Source: Harriotta raleighana
Lineage: Eukaryota
DNA length: 64,000 nt
Direction of reading: 5' to 3'
Assembly (NCBI GenBank): GCA_050575255.1
Contig: JBNZDD010013715.1
Coordinates: 5,459,603 to 5,523,602, forward strand
Shown: positions 40,586-55,299 of the stretch, one piece after another
Layout of the letters: each line of letters opens with the position of its first letter
How positions within the stretch are numbered: position 1 is the stretch's first letter
The notes under the pieces: model-generated
Told to the model about the DNA's origin: nothing
The model's database searches: none
Seen by the model: only the letters and a program-made list of their open reading frames with translations
Translations under genes and position numbers: made by a program

Positions 40586-41609
40586 CTATTACAGAATATA
40601 CTGTAAAGTGAATTGATTGTATATTTATGGGCGAAAATGTGGCAGCCAATTGTGCACAGCAGCATCCCACAATCAGTTGTGAATTAAAATGACCAATTTT
40701 ATTATTATGTTGTGGTTATTACTCCTTTAATTAATCTTCATATCACAATATAGAATTGCATGCACTCTTTGGCAACTAAAGCAACTTCCATTCACATTTT
40801 TCAATTTTAATTTGAACACTGACAACATTGACAATGTTTTCTTCTAGTCTTGCCAGTCAGAGGACAACTAATATTTACAATGACTGCGTTAGGCATTCTT
40901 CAGAGACTAACTCTCTATAAGAGTGCATTTGGACAAAGAGCTTTGTTTAGATCTCAGATCTATGATCATGATATTTCTAGTCCCAGTGGGCTTTACACTT
41001 GACTTTACTTATTCTAATACAAAGATGGTTGGGCAGTGACACATTACTGTATGTTCAAATAAGGAATTACCTTGTACCTGGGATGCTTTGTGGGCCAAAT
41101 GTATGGTCTCCTTCTGAGTATCACCATGGCTGAGATAATAGCAACTTCGCTTTTGGTCAAAAGGTTTGATTTCAGGATCTTGGAGCTCATGACCCGGCTT
41201 TCAAAAGCGTTAACCCGAGGTTCAGTTTTCTTGCCCTGGTAAACATTAAAGATGATCCCAGGACATTATTCAGAAAGAGAAGGCAGTTACTTTTGGTTTA
41301 TTGGTCAACTTATTACTGTACTCACCTCCTGCTTGTTTATGGGACATTGCAGTGCACACATTGGCTATTGCCTTCCAACCACAAATCCACAGTCACTGCA
41401 GAAAACTCTGCGAAGCACTTTAAAATACATTGGCATCATAACAACACTATATCAAACGCAAGGATTTTCACGAGGAGAGGATAAGTAGAGCAAAAGGGAT
41501 CCTGGGTCATTGGTGGTGGAAGAGTGACAAATCCTAGCCAGGCAGCAACATGGGAGACATTTTTGATTGTGTAATTATTACTTCATATGTCACATTTTTC
41601 AACAAAACT

Positions 41610-43440
41610 ACATTCACATTGAGAGGGCATCCTAAGGCACTGGCTAATCAGTGTTTTGAATCAACCTGGGTGTCAGGATTAGGCTTGGGGGAAGGAGGGT
41701 AATCGAGGGCATGGTCAAAGGGGAATAACTTGAGATGGGTCTTGAAGGAGGCAAGGGAAGGGGTGAGGTGGAGGGACTGCAAAATGGAGTTCCAGAGGTT
41801 GGGGGCAGAGTGACTGAAGGCCCGGCCCTCAATGGTGGGGCGGGCGAGGCATGGCACATGAAGCAGGTCGGAACCCACTGAGCGGAGTGAACGGATAGGT
41901 TTTAGGAATTAGGTCGCAGAGCTAGGGGGAAGCAAGGTCATGGAGGGCTCACTTTGAAGGTGAGAACCAGCAATTTGAACTGCATCCTCTGCATGATGGA
42001 AAGCCAGTGGAGTTAGGTGAGAATGGGGGTCATGGAGCCTGGTGCAGAACAGGACACTTGCTACAGAGTTCTGCAGAGGGAGCTGTTGGGGAGGCCAACA
42101 AACGGAGTTTGCATGGTCAAGTCTGGATGTTTTGAATGTGTGTGTTGGGTCACGAAAATAATGGCCGAAAATGGTTTCAGGTTTCTTCAAAGTTTTATTT
42201 TCTTCTCCACATTGAGCATAGCATAGCAAGGTCAATTCGCAGATACAAGCCTTAGTTGTAGCAAATCCACAATGAACATAGCAAAACAAGGTCAATTCGC
42301 CAGCAAAGTTACTCTCAAGACTATCAAAAAAGAACAACAAAAAAAACAGAACTAACTAAAAACGAATCCTCTTTTTTACTTATCCTAATGATCATGTGAT
42401 GATTCCCTTTGCAACTGCTTGCGTAAATGACTTATCCTACGTTTCTTCCTAATCCTTCTGCAAACAGGTACAGCTGTTACGCTGACTCATCTACCTTTTA
42501 ACTATTACCATGCCGGTTTCCTTCATATCTATCAGTGTGTATGAGGGTTTAAGTTGCAGGAGTGGAGGCAGCCAGAGCAGATCATGGCACGGATGTGGAG
42601 TAGAAAGGATAGTTGAGGGTCAAACAAGATACCACAGTTCCAGGCTGGATTAGTAAGGTGGAGTGTACATCCTTGGATGGTAATGCTGTCAGCGCCTGAG
42701 ATGTAGAGGCACAGACAGGAGCCAATCAGGAAGGCCTCGGTCTTGTTGATGTTCAACTGAAGAAAGGTAACTCTCATCCAGGACTTGATGTCTACCAAAC
42801 ATTCTGTCAGGATAGCAGTAGTCCTGAAGTCAAGGATAGAGGAAGAGAGATACAGTTGGGTGTCATCCAAATGGCTGTGGAAGTTGACGCCATGGCTGTG
42901 GATGATGCCACCAACAGGAAGCATGCAGATGTTGAAGGTGAAGCGACCAAGGACAGAGCACTGAGAAACGCCACATGAGACAGTGCGGAGAAGCCATTTG
43001 TGGAGATAGTGTGGAAGGCAGCATCTGAACCATTCAAGGACAGAACCATGAAGGACGAGGTAAGAGGAGAGGTGTTGGAGGAGGATAAGGTGGTCAAATG
43101 GTATCAAAGTTAGCAATGAGGTCAAGGATGACAAGGAGACAGATGGAGCCCTGGTCACAGATGGACAAAATGCCATTTGTCACTTTGACCAAAACTGTTT
43201 TGGTGCCTTGGGCAGCACGGAAAACTAATTGGAGGGGTTTGTGAAGGTAGTGGCTGAAGAGGAAGGAGCAAAGCTGGAAAGCAACAACTCATTCTAGGAT
43301 CTTGGAAGGAAAGGGAGGTAACAATGGGTTGGTAGTTTATGAGCAGGGATGGGTCCAGGGAGGTAAAGTGAGGTGCACTGGGAGGTAAGGATAGGATTGT
43401 GGATGGTATCGAGGAAGCAAGTGGTCAGTTTCTTGCAGAT
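41610..43440 (-). mobile_element. Old L2 LINE interrupted by a solo LTR
   Basis: SHSAPNLWNS..LASFKTHLK; HGVNFHSHLDDTQLY..LQLNINKTE. Confidence 0.82.
42143..42534 (-). mobile_element. Solo LTR, 392 bp
   Basis: TG...CA ends, 5-bp TSD GTGTG (42138-42142 and 42535-42539), minus-strand AATAAA at 42194-42199, internal 24-bp direct repeats, L2 sequence rejoins across it. Confidence 0.8.
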
Positions 43441-43664
43441 TTTAATTGTGGTTTCATCTCAGAGTCTCCATTGCTGAAACTAATCTTCCCCCTACCCCTG
43501 GCGTAACCCCGGGATCCATTATTGGAAAGCGCTCTGAGACGTCATTCGGCGTGGAGGGTGCTATATAAATGCAATTGTTGTTGTAATGTGCTACTTGGTT
43601 AAATGAAACACAGGCTGATTAAGATCTTCAGGTCCTGTGTTGTAAAAATTTGTTGGTAATCTTT

Positions 43665-44490
43665 AACAACAACAACAATTTCAATTTATATAGTGCCCTC
43701 CATGCCGGATGGCGTCTCACCGCGCTTCACAATAGGAGATCCCAGGACCGAGCCGGGGCAGAAGTAGAAAGGTGACCAAAGGTGTGGTTGAAGAGAAAGG
43801 TCTTGAGCTGGGACCTGAAGCTGGGAAAAGAGGGGGTGAGGCGTAGGGAGTTAGTAAGGAAATTCCATAGTGGCTGAAGGCACGGCCGCCGAGGGTGGAG
43901 CGGAGGATTTGTGGGACATGGAGGAGGCCAAACCCGGGGGATTGAAGACGACGGGTGCTGGTTTGAGGAGAGAGGAAGTCAGAGAGATAGTGGGTGTGGA
44001 GGAGTGGAGGGATTTGAAGACAAGGGTAAGGATCTTGAAATCAATACTCTCTGGGATAGGGAGCCACTGAAGTCTGGCAAGGACTGGGGTAATGGGGGAG
44101 CGAAGTTTGGTGCGGGTGAGAACGCGAGCGGCAGTGTTCTGGATAAGCTGGACTCTGTGGATTGTGGAGGAGGGGAGACTGGCGAGGAGGGTATTGCAAT
44201 AGTCCAGCCGAGAGGTGATAAAGGTGTGGATCAGGGTTTCAGCTGCTTTTGGGGTGAAGTATTGCTGGAGAAGGGTGATCCATCGGAGGTGTTAGAAGGT
44301 CGTGAGGGACCGGATGTGAGGGAAGAAGGACAGTTTGGGGTCAAACCTGACACCTAGGTTGTGCACAGGTTCGGAGAGTTTTAGGGATAGACCGGGAAGG
44401 CGGAGGAGGTTAGAGCCATGCGAATGGAGATATTAACGAGAGCCAAAGAGTATGGCCTCCATCTTATCAACATTCAACTGCAAGAAATTT
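43665..44490 (-). mobile_element. L2-clade LINE 3' part, second subfamily
   Basis: (TTG)n tail with GGCATGGAGGGCACTATATAAAT end; antisense ORF2 remnants. Confidence 0.78.
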
Positions 44491-44957
44491 ACATTGAACT
44501 TTACATTGATCTGAGCAGTTTGCCTTTCCTCTCTGCTTGTATTATGGTATTTAGTATTCTGACCTCTCCTGATAAGGAGATACATTTATCTGCCACACAA
44601 CGAGCTGAAGCATGCTCAATCTTTGTGTGTTGACACACTTTCTGTGTACCTCAAACAAGCAGCTTAGTAGTAAAGATTACAAAGACAATTAGAGCACCGC
44701 TATCCTTGTATATCATACCAGTAAAGTGCTCTATAAAGGCAGTGGAGCTGATCAAGTTGAGCATGTCCTTTAATATTAGATCTGTTTCAATTGGATGTCT
44801 CCAAGTGAGTGGTTATTGCCAAGGTCATGCTTTGCCTCAGTCATGCAACCACATGGCTCACTATGGGCTGAAATGAGTGTCTGCAGTCGCACCACAATAA
44901 ACAAACAGCAATTCAACTCAAATCCCAGGCTTCCTACAAATACAGTCACCTACAAAT

Positions 44958-45252
44958 AATAATAAGAAGAATAATCCTTGCATTTGATAGAGCTTTTCAT
45001 GTCTTCTGGACATCTCAAGCGCTTCATAAAATATAATGTAAATTGTATATTTGTGTGTGAAACATGGCAGCCAATTGCGCACAGTAGTGTCCCACAAACA
45101 GTCATGATTGAAATGACCAATTTTTTTTTTTAGGGATTATTATCAGGCATGTGTAGTAAGGTAATTTATCCAAGGTCTTTCTCTGCCTAGAATCGAACCC
45201 AGGTTTTTCACTTGCGAAGTGAGTACTGTAACCACTGAGCTACAGGACTCCA
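44958..45252 (-). mobile_element. SINE
   Basis: Full reverse copy ending ACCACTGAGCTACAGGACTCCA. Confidence 0.85.
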
Positions 45253-47369
45253 CATGCATGGTCATAACATGTAGTGGCAATTACTCTGAAGTGCTTTCAG
45301 ATGTTTCAATGTTTATAGCCATTACATCGAATGTAAGAATTGTTATTATCCCAATGTAGTTTAAACATACAATCCTATTCAAACAAAGTGCCTCTACATA
45401 GTGGGGTTTAAATTGTGATCTAGGAAGTAAGAATAGAGAAATAATTACTCCATGGATAGGATAGAAATTGTCAAAGGGGGAAGCTGAACCAGATCTAGGG
45501 GTGTTATTGTTCGCTATGTTAAAACACTGTAAAGCAGCAATAAATCAAATAATAATAATAATCCTTGCATTTGATATAGCGCTTTTCACATCTTCTAGAC
45601 ATCTCAAAGCACTTCACAGAATATACTTAAAGTGACTTGACTGTACATATAAAGAAATCAGGTGGAGGGCTATATTGCTAACTCAAATCAAGTTTACATC
45701 CCAGATGTCATGCATGATCTAGATGTTATGGCCAGGATACATCTAGAGTACTCCATAATGTTCTGGATGTAATAATACAAAGTACAAAATAATAATGATT
45801 TAATAATCCTTGCATTTAATTTCATGTTAAGAGAACATCTCAAAGCGTTTCACAAAATTGATTGTAAAGTGTAGTGACTGTAAATTTTGTAGGCAGATTA
45901 TCAGTATTTCAGAGAAAATACATTTTATTTTTTTCAGATAGCATTTCAGTATCCATTCCCTCAGAACTGGAGAAATACATTTTAATTTTTTTTTCCCCAA
46001 AATCATAGAGTCAAGCCCATAATAGTCCAGATAAATTGTGTTAAATAATTAGTATTCCTCCTAACCACTTTATTGCTTCAACCGCTTGTTTCATCCGTAA
46101 TTGATCTAATTCAGAGTGCTTACCTTGGACATGTATAAAGTGCTCTTATACATTTCATGCATTACATAATGTGTTCAACCACTAAAAGCCTAGATCAAAT
46201 CTGAACCATGAAGGCGGTGATGTCTCAATTAATTTGTAAGAGAGATTCAGCCAAAGAAGTCCCTTTAGTCATTTAATCATGGCCTTATAGAATTAAAACC
46301 CTTCCATTCCCAAATCAATCTGTTTCTTATGTAAATTCCATCTTTCACTTTAATTGTACTTTTGGTGAGTCAGTTCCAGAAATCAATCACCCTCTGTGCA
46401 AATAAATTCTAGAATTATATCTGTTCTAAAATTGCCCTCCATAATCCTAAACATGTACTGATGGCTTGTCGAAAAGTTTTGCCTTGGGATTACATTATCC
46501 CATTTGACCCATAAACTGTACATATAGCTGCACCCGAGTACAGTATTTCTCTACCAAGATCTAAAACTGAATTGTAGTCAGTGTTCCTGAAAACAAGCAT
46601 TTTTTTTAAATGAAGGAAAAAAAGAGCAATCCATTGTGCTGCATGTCATCATGAGCAAGGATTCTAAGTACTGTACTAGGGATTGAGGATTGACTTGAAA
46701 CTTGGGACTTTATCTGAAGCCCCTGTTACCTCCTCAAATGCATTGTTATACTGCACAAATTTTCTCCCCACCAAATTTAACCCCAATTGGGAAATTTAGC
46801 TTTTTTGATGTCATACCGTACAGTTTCATATTTTGATGCTACCCCTGATCCAAATTAGAAGCCAAAGATTGTTCATTCATAAGTCAAATATTTTGCTTTT
46901 GTGAAGCATTTTGCTTCTGCTCATTTTGCTTAGAAGTCTACCTGTCATTTTTGTTTCTTAATATTTAAAACAGGATTGTGAAAAATTCTTCATTTCAATT
47001 TGGAAGTTGATTATTTGTAAGAACTGCAGGCACTTAGCTGCTAAAATTAAATTTAAGAATCTTCGACAATTATATATAATTTTATCATAGACGTGTAGAA
47101 TTTTACAGCACAAAACGAGGCCTTTCAAAGTCAATCCAACTCCCTGGCTCTCTCCCACTAACCCTACAAACATGTCCTCCCCAATTGACCATCCAATATG
47201 GTGGTATAAACTAAGATTAGGTTGGAGATTAGGCCTGAGAATTTTACACTGCAAATTTTCCCACTGCTGACCCCAGCGTTAGCATTAAGTCTATTGAAGC
47301 ACTTCCAAGTCAGGTATAGAATGGCATGATGCTGTGTAAAGCTCCCTCCGCTCTGTCTTCACACTATGA

Positions 47370-48168
47370 TTGCACTCTCCACCTCTCAAAGACAGTCAGG
47401 AACCTGGGTGTCTTGTACGATCCTGAACTGTCCTTCCTCCCTCACATCTGTGCCATGACCAGTACTGCCTTCCACCAACTTCCCAACATCGTCAGACTCC
47501 ACCACTGCCTCACCCCTCAGGCCACCGAAACCTTTTTCCACACATTCGTATCATCAAGGCTTGACTATGGAAATTCCCTCCTCGTAATCCTTCCTGGCTC
47601 TTCCCTTCACAATCTGCAGATCATCCAGAATTCTGAAGTTCTTGTCCTCTCCAGCACCAAGCTCCACGACCACATCACTCCCACCCTTGCCCGGCTCCAT
47701 TGGCTCCTCATCCCCCAGAAGATCGAATTCAAGATCTTCGTCCTCACTTTCAAGGCCATTCACGGCCTTGCTCTCTATCTCTCTGACCTGCTGTCCCCAC
47801 ATGAACCTGCCTGCCCTCTCCATTCAGCAGGCTCCGGTCTGCACCATGTCCCCCACCCGAGCCTGTCCTACCATTCAATGGACAGGCTTTTAGCCACTCT
47901 ATCCCCAAACTCTGGAACTCCATCCCACAATCCCGTCTCCTTGCTTCCTCTCTTGCCTTCTTCAAGGACGATTTCAAGACCCTCCTCTTCAATCATGCCT
48001 TCTGCTGCCCTCCCAACTCTTTCCTCCCTCCTAACTGCCTACCGCCCCTCGCTCCCTATCCTGCCCTCTCCAATTGCTTGGGTCCCAAACTGACTGTTCA
48101 GCGCCTTGGGACGTCTTCCCAACATGAACGATTGCTTTGTAAATGTAATTTTGTTGTTGTTGTTGTTG
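47370..48168 (+). mobile_element. L2 LINE 3' fragment
   Basis: VRNLGVLYDPELSFLPHI...SRLDYGNSLL...HDHITPTLARLHWL; (TTG)n tail. Confidence 0.9.
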
Positions 48169-49864
48169 ATTCCATTTGGCTATTTCTCAGGATTTATACA
48201 TATGATATTGCAGGTGCTGCTAGTTTCAGATTTATGCAAAACAACAAACCAGTGAGCTAAAAAGGATTCTTCTCTGAGATGACATTTCTTCATTTGGATA
48301 TGGTTACCAAAAAATGAACTCCTATTATACTGAAATGACATTCAATGTTCCTAAACATGCCATGCTTTCTGGCTTGATGTACATAAGAATGCTGAATTAT
48401 CTGTGAAATTGGTAACAATATACGACATTTACAAGAATTTGCAATGAGATATAAAATAAATAATTGTTATAATAATGCAATGTAAAATGTGTATTATAGA
48501 TATAATAATATGTGATAGGAATGGAAATATACATTAATCATTTAATGACTTTTTTTTACTTTGGATCTTTTTGCAGACCATTTACATTTAAAATTGTCGA
48601 TCTATCAGGCTACATTACTTGCAGAAAATGAATTTCTGTAAATGAAACAGAAATTGCAAATGTCTTCTGACTGTGCACCCTCAATGATTAATAATATTTC
48701 CACATAAATTCACCGAGCCTGATGGTGGTTCAGTCACAGGCAGCTTGCAGGTTTTGTGTAGTTCAGTGTCAGACTTTCACCTAAGGGCTGTGAGTTCAAA
48801 TTGCTACCTCAAATAAAATTCTAATGTGTTGCCTTCCATACCTATGTTAAGCAGAATTTTAAAAAAATGCTATACCCCAAGTCCTGTTTCGCCCATAAAA
48901 TATACATTCAATTCACTTTACAGTATTCAGTGAAGCACTTAGGGTCATTTCAAAGATGTAATAAATCCCTACAACAACAAAAACAACAAAAAATTACATT
49001 TGTATAGTGCATTTCACATCGGGAGGACATCCCAAGCCGCTGAAGTATAGCAAAAGCAAAGATTATTATTATAGATAGATGGCCAGTTTTAGAAAAGGTT
49101 AGGGAAGAGTTTGGGTGTGATCCTTCATTAAAACTGTTGTCTCATTCATCCCCATACCTTTGACTTTGCACACAAGTACCTGACTGTGCTGAGTTAGCTT
49201 TTCTAATCTAAGCTGCAGTTGAAGTTCTTCAATTGGCCTTTAGATACCTGTAGAAAGAAGCTGAGTCCTTCTTTAATCTTATAACAATGTTTGGGAAATT
49301 ATCCTTAACAAAACAACAGCATCCCCTTGGAGCATAATCATCGTGGAAGAAGTTGAGTCTAAGAAGACTATTATGAAGCAAACTTAATGTTATTAATTTT
49401 GTTCCAGTGGATTAATTTACTGTCAGATTGGTCAAATTGTTCTGATTCTTTGACATTAATAGTATGGGTAGTCTACAATTTGGTACTAACTGGCATTTCT
49501 TTTTTTAATGAGATAATTCAGAAAATTATCACATAGTAAGGCTGATAATGAGGTATACAGCTGAAACTGGAATCTGTCACTTTGGATATTAAATACAATA
49601 GCAAACCTACCTTTCTCAATTGTTCAAAAGACTCACATGAAATGACTGTAGCTACCAGTTTTGAAGTTTATCAAACAGATATGGGGCCACTTGCTTTTTG
49701 AAGTCTTTCTTAATCCTTCAGTAAAATATCTGCTTAAATAAGTTCTAACAGAGCAGAGTTTGGGTTAATATTTCTACCATTTGCAGGACAGATTTGGATG
49801 AAAAGAGGCAAATTGTGTGATATTATTCTATACCGTATGATGGATATTAGATAAATTTAACAGT

Positions 49865-50232
49865 TAGAATAAAAATCCTAGCTTTTAATGTAATGCCTTA
49901 TCTTCGAGACAGCACAAACACTTCACAGAATATACTGTAAATTGAACTGGCTATATATTTTATGGTGAAACGCAATCAGCAGTGTCCCACAAAAAGTCAC
50001 AGATTAAGTGACCGAATCATTATTTTTTCAACATTATTTTATTTGAAAGAATTGTTACCTCCTGGATAAGCAATCCGCCAATCGACTTACAACTGAGTTC
50101 CCACCTACTCTAGGTGAACAGAGGTGTGTGGAGTAAGGAAACCAGCCCAACGTTTTGCACTGCCCAGTAATCAAACCCAGGTCCTCTCACTTGTGGGGCA
50201 ATTGCTCTAACCAATAAGCTACAGAACTCCAT
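49865..50232 (-). mobile_element. SINE, longer subfamily
   Basis: Reverse head AAGCTACAGAACTCCA, internal insert, tail. Confidence 0.75.
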
Positions 50233-52489
50233 GGTTTTTATTGTGATATTAGATTTACCACGTTTAATATATATGTCTATTGACACATATATCCATTGAA
50301 GAATAATGTACACCAATTACTGCTTAGGTGTATGACCTCAGCGTTTAGAGTTTATAACAGAAACAGTTTGTGCCCAATATGCTGCCACACCTGGACAGTT
50401 TTCAGAAATATGGTTTTGGTGAAAAGAAGTCCAAAGCATGCTTTTCTGTTCATTTGTTTTATTCTCACCATTACATTGTTTTACATTTGCAGATATTTCA
50501 CACACCTTTTTGAACATAACATTTGGAAAATGATTCGGTTCCTTTTGTGAGCTGGTGTGTAACATAATGGAAGACACAAGCTGTCATTAAAACTGTTCCT
50601 GACAGTCAAGAAGCTTGCTGTCATCATATCTTACCCAAAGGGAATGAAGACTACATGCAAATTTTCTTCGACAGAGCAATATAGAAGATTGTTCAAGAAA
50701 ATCCTGCTCTAGATGATCTAATCTGTAGCGTTATTCTCAGCACTCTTTCCTTTATCGTTGCAACATAACCATTGCTACAACCCATTTTATCTCCCACAAC
50801 AGACTGTACAAGCACATTGTTCCCATCCTTGCCTGGTTCCATTGCTCCCCTCAGCAGATCAATTCAAGATTCTTGTCCTCACTTTCAAATCCCTCCTTAT
50901 CCTTGACCTACCCTACCTCTGTGACCTCCTACAATCCTGCAATTCTATTGCCCTGGATACTAACCCCTCTCAGTAAACATGACCTACTTCATGACCCCCA
51001 TCTGCTCGCCAGTTTTTAGCCATTCTGCCTCATTCTCAGTAGCTCCATCCCTATTAATATTAGCTCCATCCCAGAGTCTCCACCTTGTCCCTTCCCTCTC
51101 TGCTTTCAAAATGTGGTGTAAAAACTATATTTTGACCATGCTTATATCATCTTTCCCTCCCTTTCCCAGTTCTAGCTTGGGGTCCCAGTTGTGCATATTA
51201 ACTTTAACAACATAAGTTGTAATTAAATATGGTGTTTTGCATATTATAGTTAACAACATGAATGGCAATTAAGTATGGGACAGGTACATAAGGTTCTGGG
51301 GAATAATGACTAGAGCGAGATGGATAGAGAGAGTGAAAGAGGGTATTGGAAAGGAGCTGGATTGTAAAATTGCAATAAAGATTGGATTGAATCAACATTG
51401 CATATTGTGGTTTAAAGAACATTACTCCAGTTAATAAAGTGAACCATTTTCAGATGTCCGCACAATGTGAAAGGAAATGTGTAAATATGTAACAGTTCTA
51501 ATGATAAACCACTTGACCTGAAACATTAAATAATTTTCCTCTCTCCATGGATGCTGCCTGAGGTGCTGCGTGATTCCAGCAAATTCTGTGTTTATACTAT
51601 GTGCTATGTAAATTCTGTGTTTATACTCTGTTTGATTGGATTCAAACTCGTCACTTCGTCTACTTTGAGGCCAGAGCTGGGATCTTTCATTCCATAACCA
51701 TCACTACCACCCCCAGGATCTGTCTCACAGCCATCCCTGGGAACCAACTCAAGGATTCTGCCTGCTGTGTCTCAGCGGTACCATACTTCAACCCTTTGTC
51801 TTCCAGACCTCCGACATTCACCCAATACCTCCAACCCCAATCTCCCAGGTCAAATTGCTGCCACATTCAGCCACAAAATACACAGTCAGACCACTTCACC
51901 ATATATCCAGTGAAATGCTTTCAGATGTCTCGACAAAATAAGGTGTTATATCAAATGTTAGAATTATCAGCAATACACAATTACAACATTTCAAAGTAAA
52001 ATAGTTCCGAGTGCAAAATAATACAATTACAAATACAATGTAAATAATTCCTGAAATAAAAAATGATTATGAGCAAATTTTTAGTTTCTGATGGCGGAGT
52101 GCCAAAAGAGTTTGGTGACAAATACTTGATTTACAGTTAGTATGAAAAATTCCTAACTCAGTTTAGTATTAAATGCTTATAGTGGAACTATGTTACCAGT
52201 TGTAATTGTTTTGTAAACGGAGGTCCTATTTACAGAGCACATATAATGGACAGTTCTGACATAGTTGTTCACCCAGAAACCAATTTAGTATTCTTTAAGG
52301 ATGCAAGAGGAGATCACTTATTACATTATGCTTCATAATTTCAAGAGATTGTTATGCATGTGCTATTTGTAGTGTTACCAATCGAGGGATAGCATCAAAA
52401 TCACAATAAAACCAATTATTGTTTGCTGCAATGACTGCCTGCTATTTGAAGAGAAAACAGAGTCCTAAACTTGGTTACAGCCATTTCAA

Positions 52490-52712
52490 GGGTGAAACCT
52501 TGGGCAAGTTTCCTTACTCCACACGCCTAATAATAATCCCTCTTAAAAAAAAATAATAATAATTTGGTCACTCAATTCAGAACTGTTTGTGGGACACTGC
52601 TGTGCACAAATGGCTGCTGTGTTTCACCCACAAACAATACATTCTATAAAATGCTTTGAGACAAGAAGATGCGAAAAACGCTATATCTAATGCAAGGATT
52701 ATTATTATTATT
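52490..52712 (+). mobile_element. 5'-truncated SINE
   Basis: GGGTGAAACCTTGGGCAAGTTTCCTTACTCCACACGCC to (TTA)n. Confidence 0.82.
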
Positions 52713-53879
52713 TCTAGCTCACTAGCTGGTGGTTAATCACACAGTTGAATGAATTGTGAGATTTTCCGACTGTAATATGAAAGCTAATTGGGGCTCACTC
52801 TGCATTCTTGCTGTTTATATTATCTATAGAATATTTGCTTTCGTGTGAGTACATGACATTAAGCAAAGTCAGAATCTCTCACTCGATTTCTCAATGAATC
52901 TTCAAGGGGCACAAAAGCTGCATCAGCTTAGAGCAGGCAAATACAGAGACTCCATTCTAACATCATGCTGGATTGCCTAGCAACAGAGACAGCTCTCGAG
53001 TTCCTAAGGATTTTAACAGAAACATATAAAGTCGATTCTATTCTTCTTACTTTGGTTTTCGTCCTGTTCCTTCTGCATGTTTTATTTTCTTTCATTTAAT
53101 TTAATGCTAGTCTTGTTGTCTGTCTGTTCTTTCATTCCTCCCAAGCTAAAGACAAATAAAATATTCAATATGTTTATGTTATCTTTTGTTCCCTGTTGAT
53201 TTCTTTACAGAGGAGTTGCCTCTTATCTAGATTTCACCCTACACAACGCCCCAGGCAAAACATTCCCTTTGTCGATTTATTCCTATTGATAGGCAAAAGA
53301 ACAGCTGTCACCACCTGGCAGCTATATGTTCCAGAATGTCTGTAACCTTACTTAAAATTTACATAAAATGGATGAAGAATTTTTCAAAAATATTCAAGCT
53401 CAATTTCAAATAGATTATCACCTGAAGAAAAGAACGTGGAGGGTGAAATAATTTGTTTTATCTACATAGAGGTTTATAAGAATATTCAACGCCTTTCCAG
53501 AAATATTTGAAAGCTAAGACTAGAACAGCCCTTATTGGACCAATACTTGGGGGGTAAAATAAAATAAATAAAAATTCTTATATTTGGTAAAGCGCCTTTC
53601 ATATCGGGGGGATCCCCAAAGCACTTCACAGGATATTATGTAAAATGCTGCAAGTGTGTATTTTGTGGCAACAATATTAAAATATATGTGGGAAGGAGAA
53701 ATGGAATGTGATTACAGCAGATCACTCCAAATGGGGAATTAGAACCAGCAGAGCATGATGCTGTCAACTTTTCTAAGATTTCTATAACTATCTTAATACT
53801 TTCATAATTAGTACAATATTCAGTTCTTCACCGAGTATTTCAAAGCTAAGTCTAGAACAGCATCTGAATACAACAGTAA

Positions 53880-54870
53880 CAACTACAACCAAATTAATTG
53901 TGTAAAGCATCTTTCACATCAGGAGGACATCCCACGGTATTGAACAGTTGGGGATCAGGACTGGAGCATGGGGTGGGGAGCAAGGTTGGGTTGAGAGAGG
54001 GCAGAGAGATAGGAGCATGGCTGAAGACATGGTCAAAGAGGAAGGTCTTGAGTTGAGCCCTGAAGGAGGAAAGGGAGAGGCTAAAAGTTTGGCCACCAAA
54101 CAGATGGGCAAGAGACATGTCCCTTCCCTACCTCAATGGAGGTAGTGGACAGATTTGGTCAGAGAGGTGGTAGGGGGAAAGGCATGGCAGGCTTTGAAAG
54201 TAAGGATGAGGATTTTGAATTTTATCATTTGAAGGATGGAGAGCCAGTGGAGTCGAGCATGGGTTTGGTTGATGGGGTCACGGAGCCTGATGCGAGAGAG
54301 GACATAAGCTGCAGAGTTCTGGATAATCTGCAACTTGGGGAGGAAGGAGTTTGGGAGGCCAAAAAGGAGGGAGTTGCTGCAATCAAGCCTTGAGGTGACA
54401 CATGCATGAATGAGGGTTTGGCATCTGAGGGGTGAGGCACAAGGGGAAGCCAGAATGGGTCATGGAACAGATATGGGGAAAAAGGACAATTCAGGGTTGG
54501 ACAAAATCCCCAGATTCATGACTGGCATAGTGAGGTGGAATGTTCAACCATGGATACTGATGCTCCCAGTACCTGAGGAGCAGAGACGCTGGTGTGAGAC
54601 AATCAGGAGGGCCTCAGACTTGCTGACATTCAGCTGCAGAAAGTTGGCTCTCATCCAGGACTTGATGTCTGACAGGCAGACTGTGGGGACGCCAGTAGTC
54701 CTGGAATCAAGGGTAGAGGCAGAGAGATAAAGTTGAGTGTCATCGCATACATGTGGAAGTTGACCCAATGCCTGTAGATGATGTCACCAAGTGGGAGCAT
54801 GTAAAGGTTGAAGAGGAGAGCACTGAGGACAGAGTCCTGAGGAACACCACACAAGACTGAGGAACACTTC
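53880..54870 (-). mobile_element. L2 LINE fragment (upstream part continues at ~56170-56600)
   Basis: [24 protein letters not shown]; DDTQLYL; YHPISNLPFLAKALE in the 56.2-kb piece. Confidence 0.85.
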
Positions 54871-55299
54871 GCTAGCAATAACCACAGTTATTATTAAAAA
54901 GTAATTCGTAATAATCCTTAGAATAGCATGTGATAGCCAAATGGGAATATGGTAGTTACATAAGTGAAATTGCTGCATAGCCTATTCTAAGAAGCTCAGC
55001 TTCAAATCTGGTAGTCATAGCAACATAAGGATTTTTTTTAAATGAGGAACTTTTTTAGAAAATGAATTTGTGACATGAATTTTGACCTGCAATATATGAT
55101 TGTGTTTAAAAGGCATGTGAAAATTAACAGCAGAGATATTATTCCATCAATTAATAATAAATAACAAACCATACATATATTATGTATTAAGGTTTTGCTA
55201 TGTTAATGTATTGATGCATGCATGGTGTAGCAATTATTTTTGTTCAGATGAAGTCTGACACATTTGGAAATCCATCACCAGGTTTACTACAAAATACTG

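Noticed and set aside
47326-48093. 255-aa ORF (also 29366-30401, 42532-43176, 63283-63561) as a domesticated gene
   Set aside because: Truncated, frameshifted L2 ORF2 remnants with intact retro tails and no splice context
53180-53240. Strong polypyrimidine-AG acceptor
   Set aside because: No recognisable coding sequence or supported partner exon
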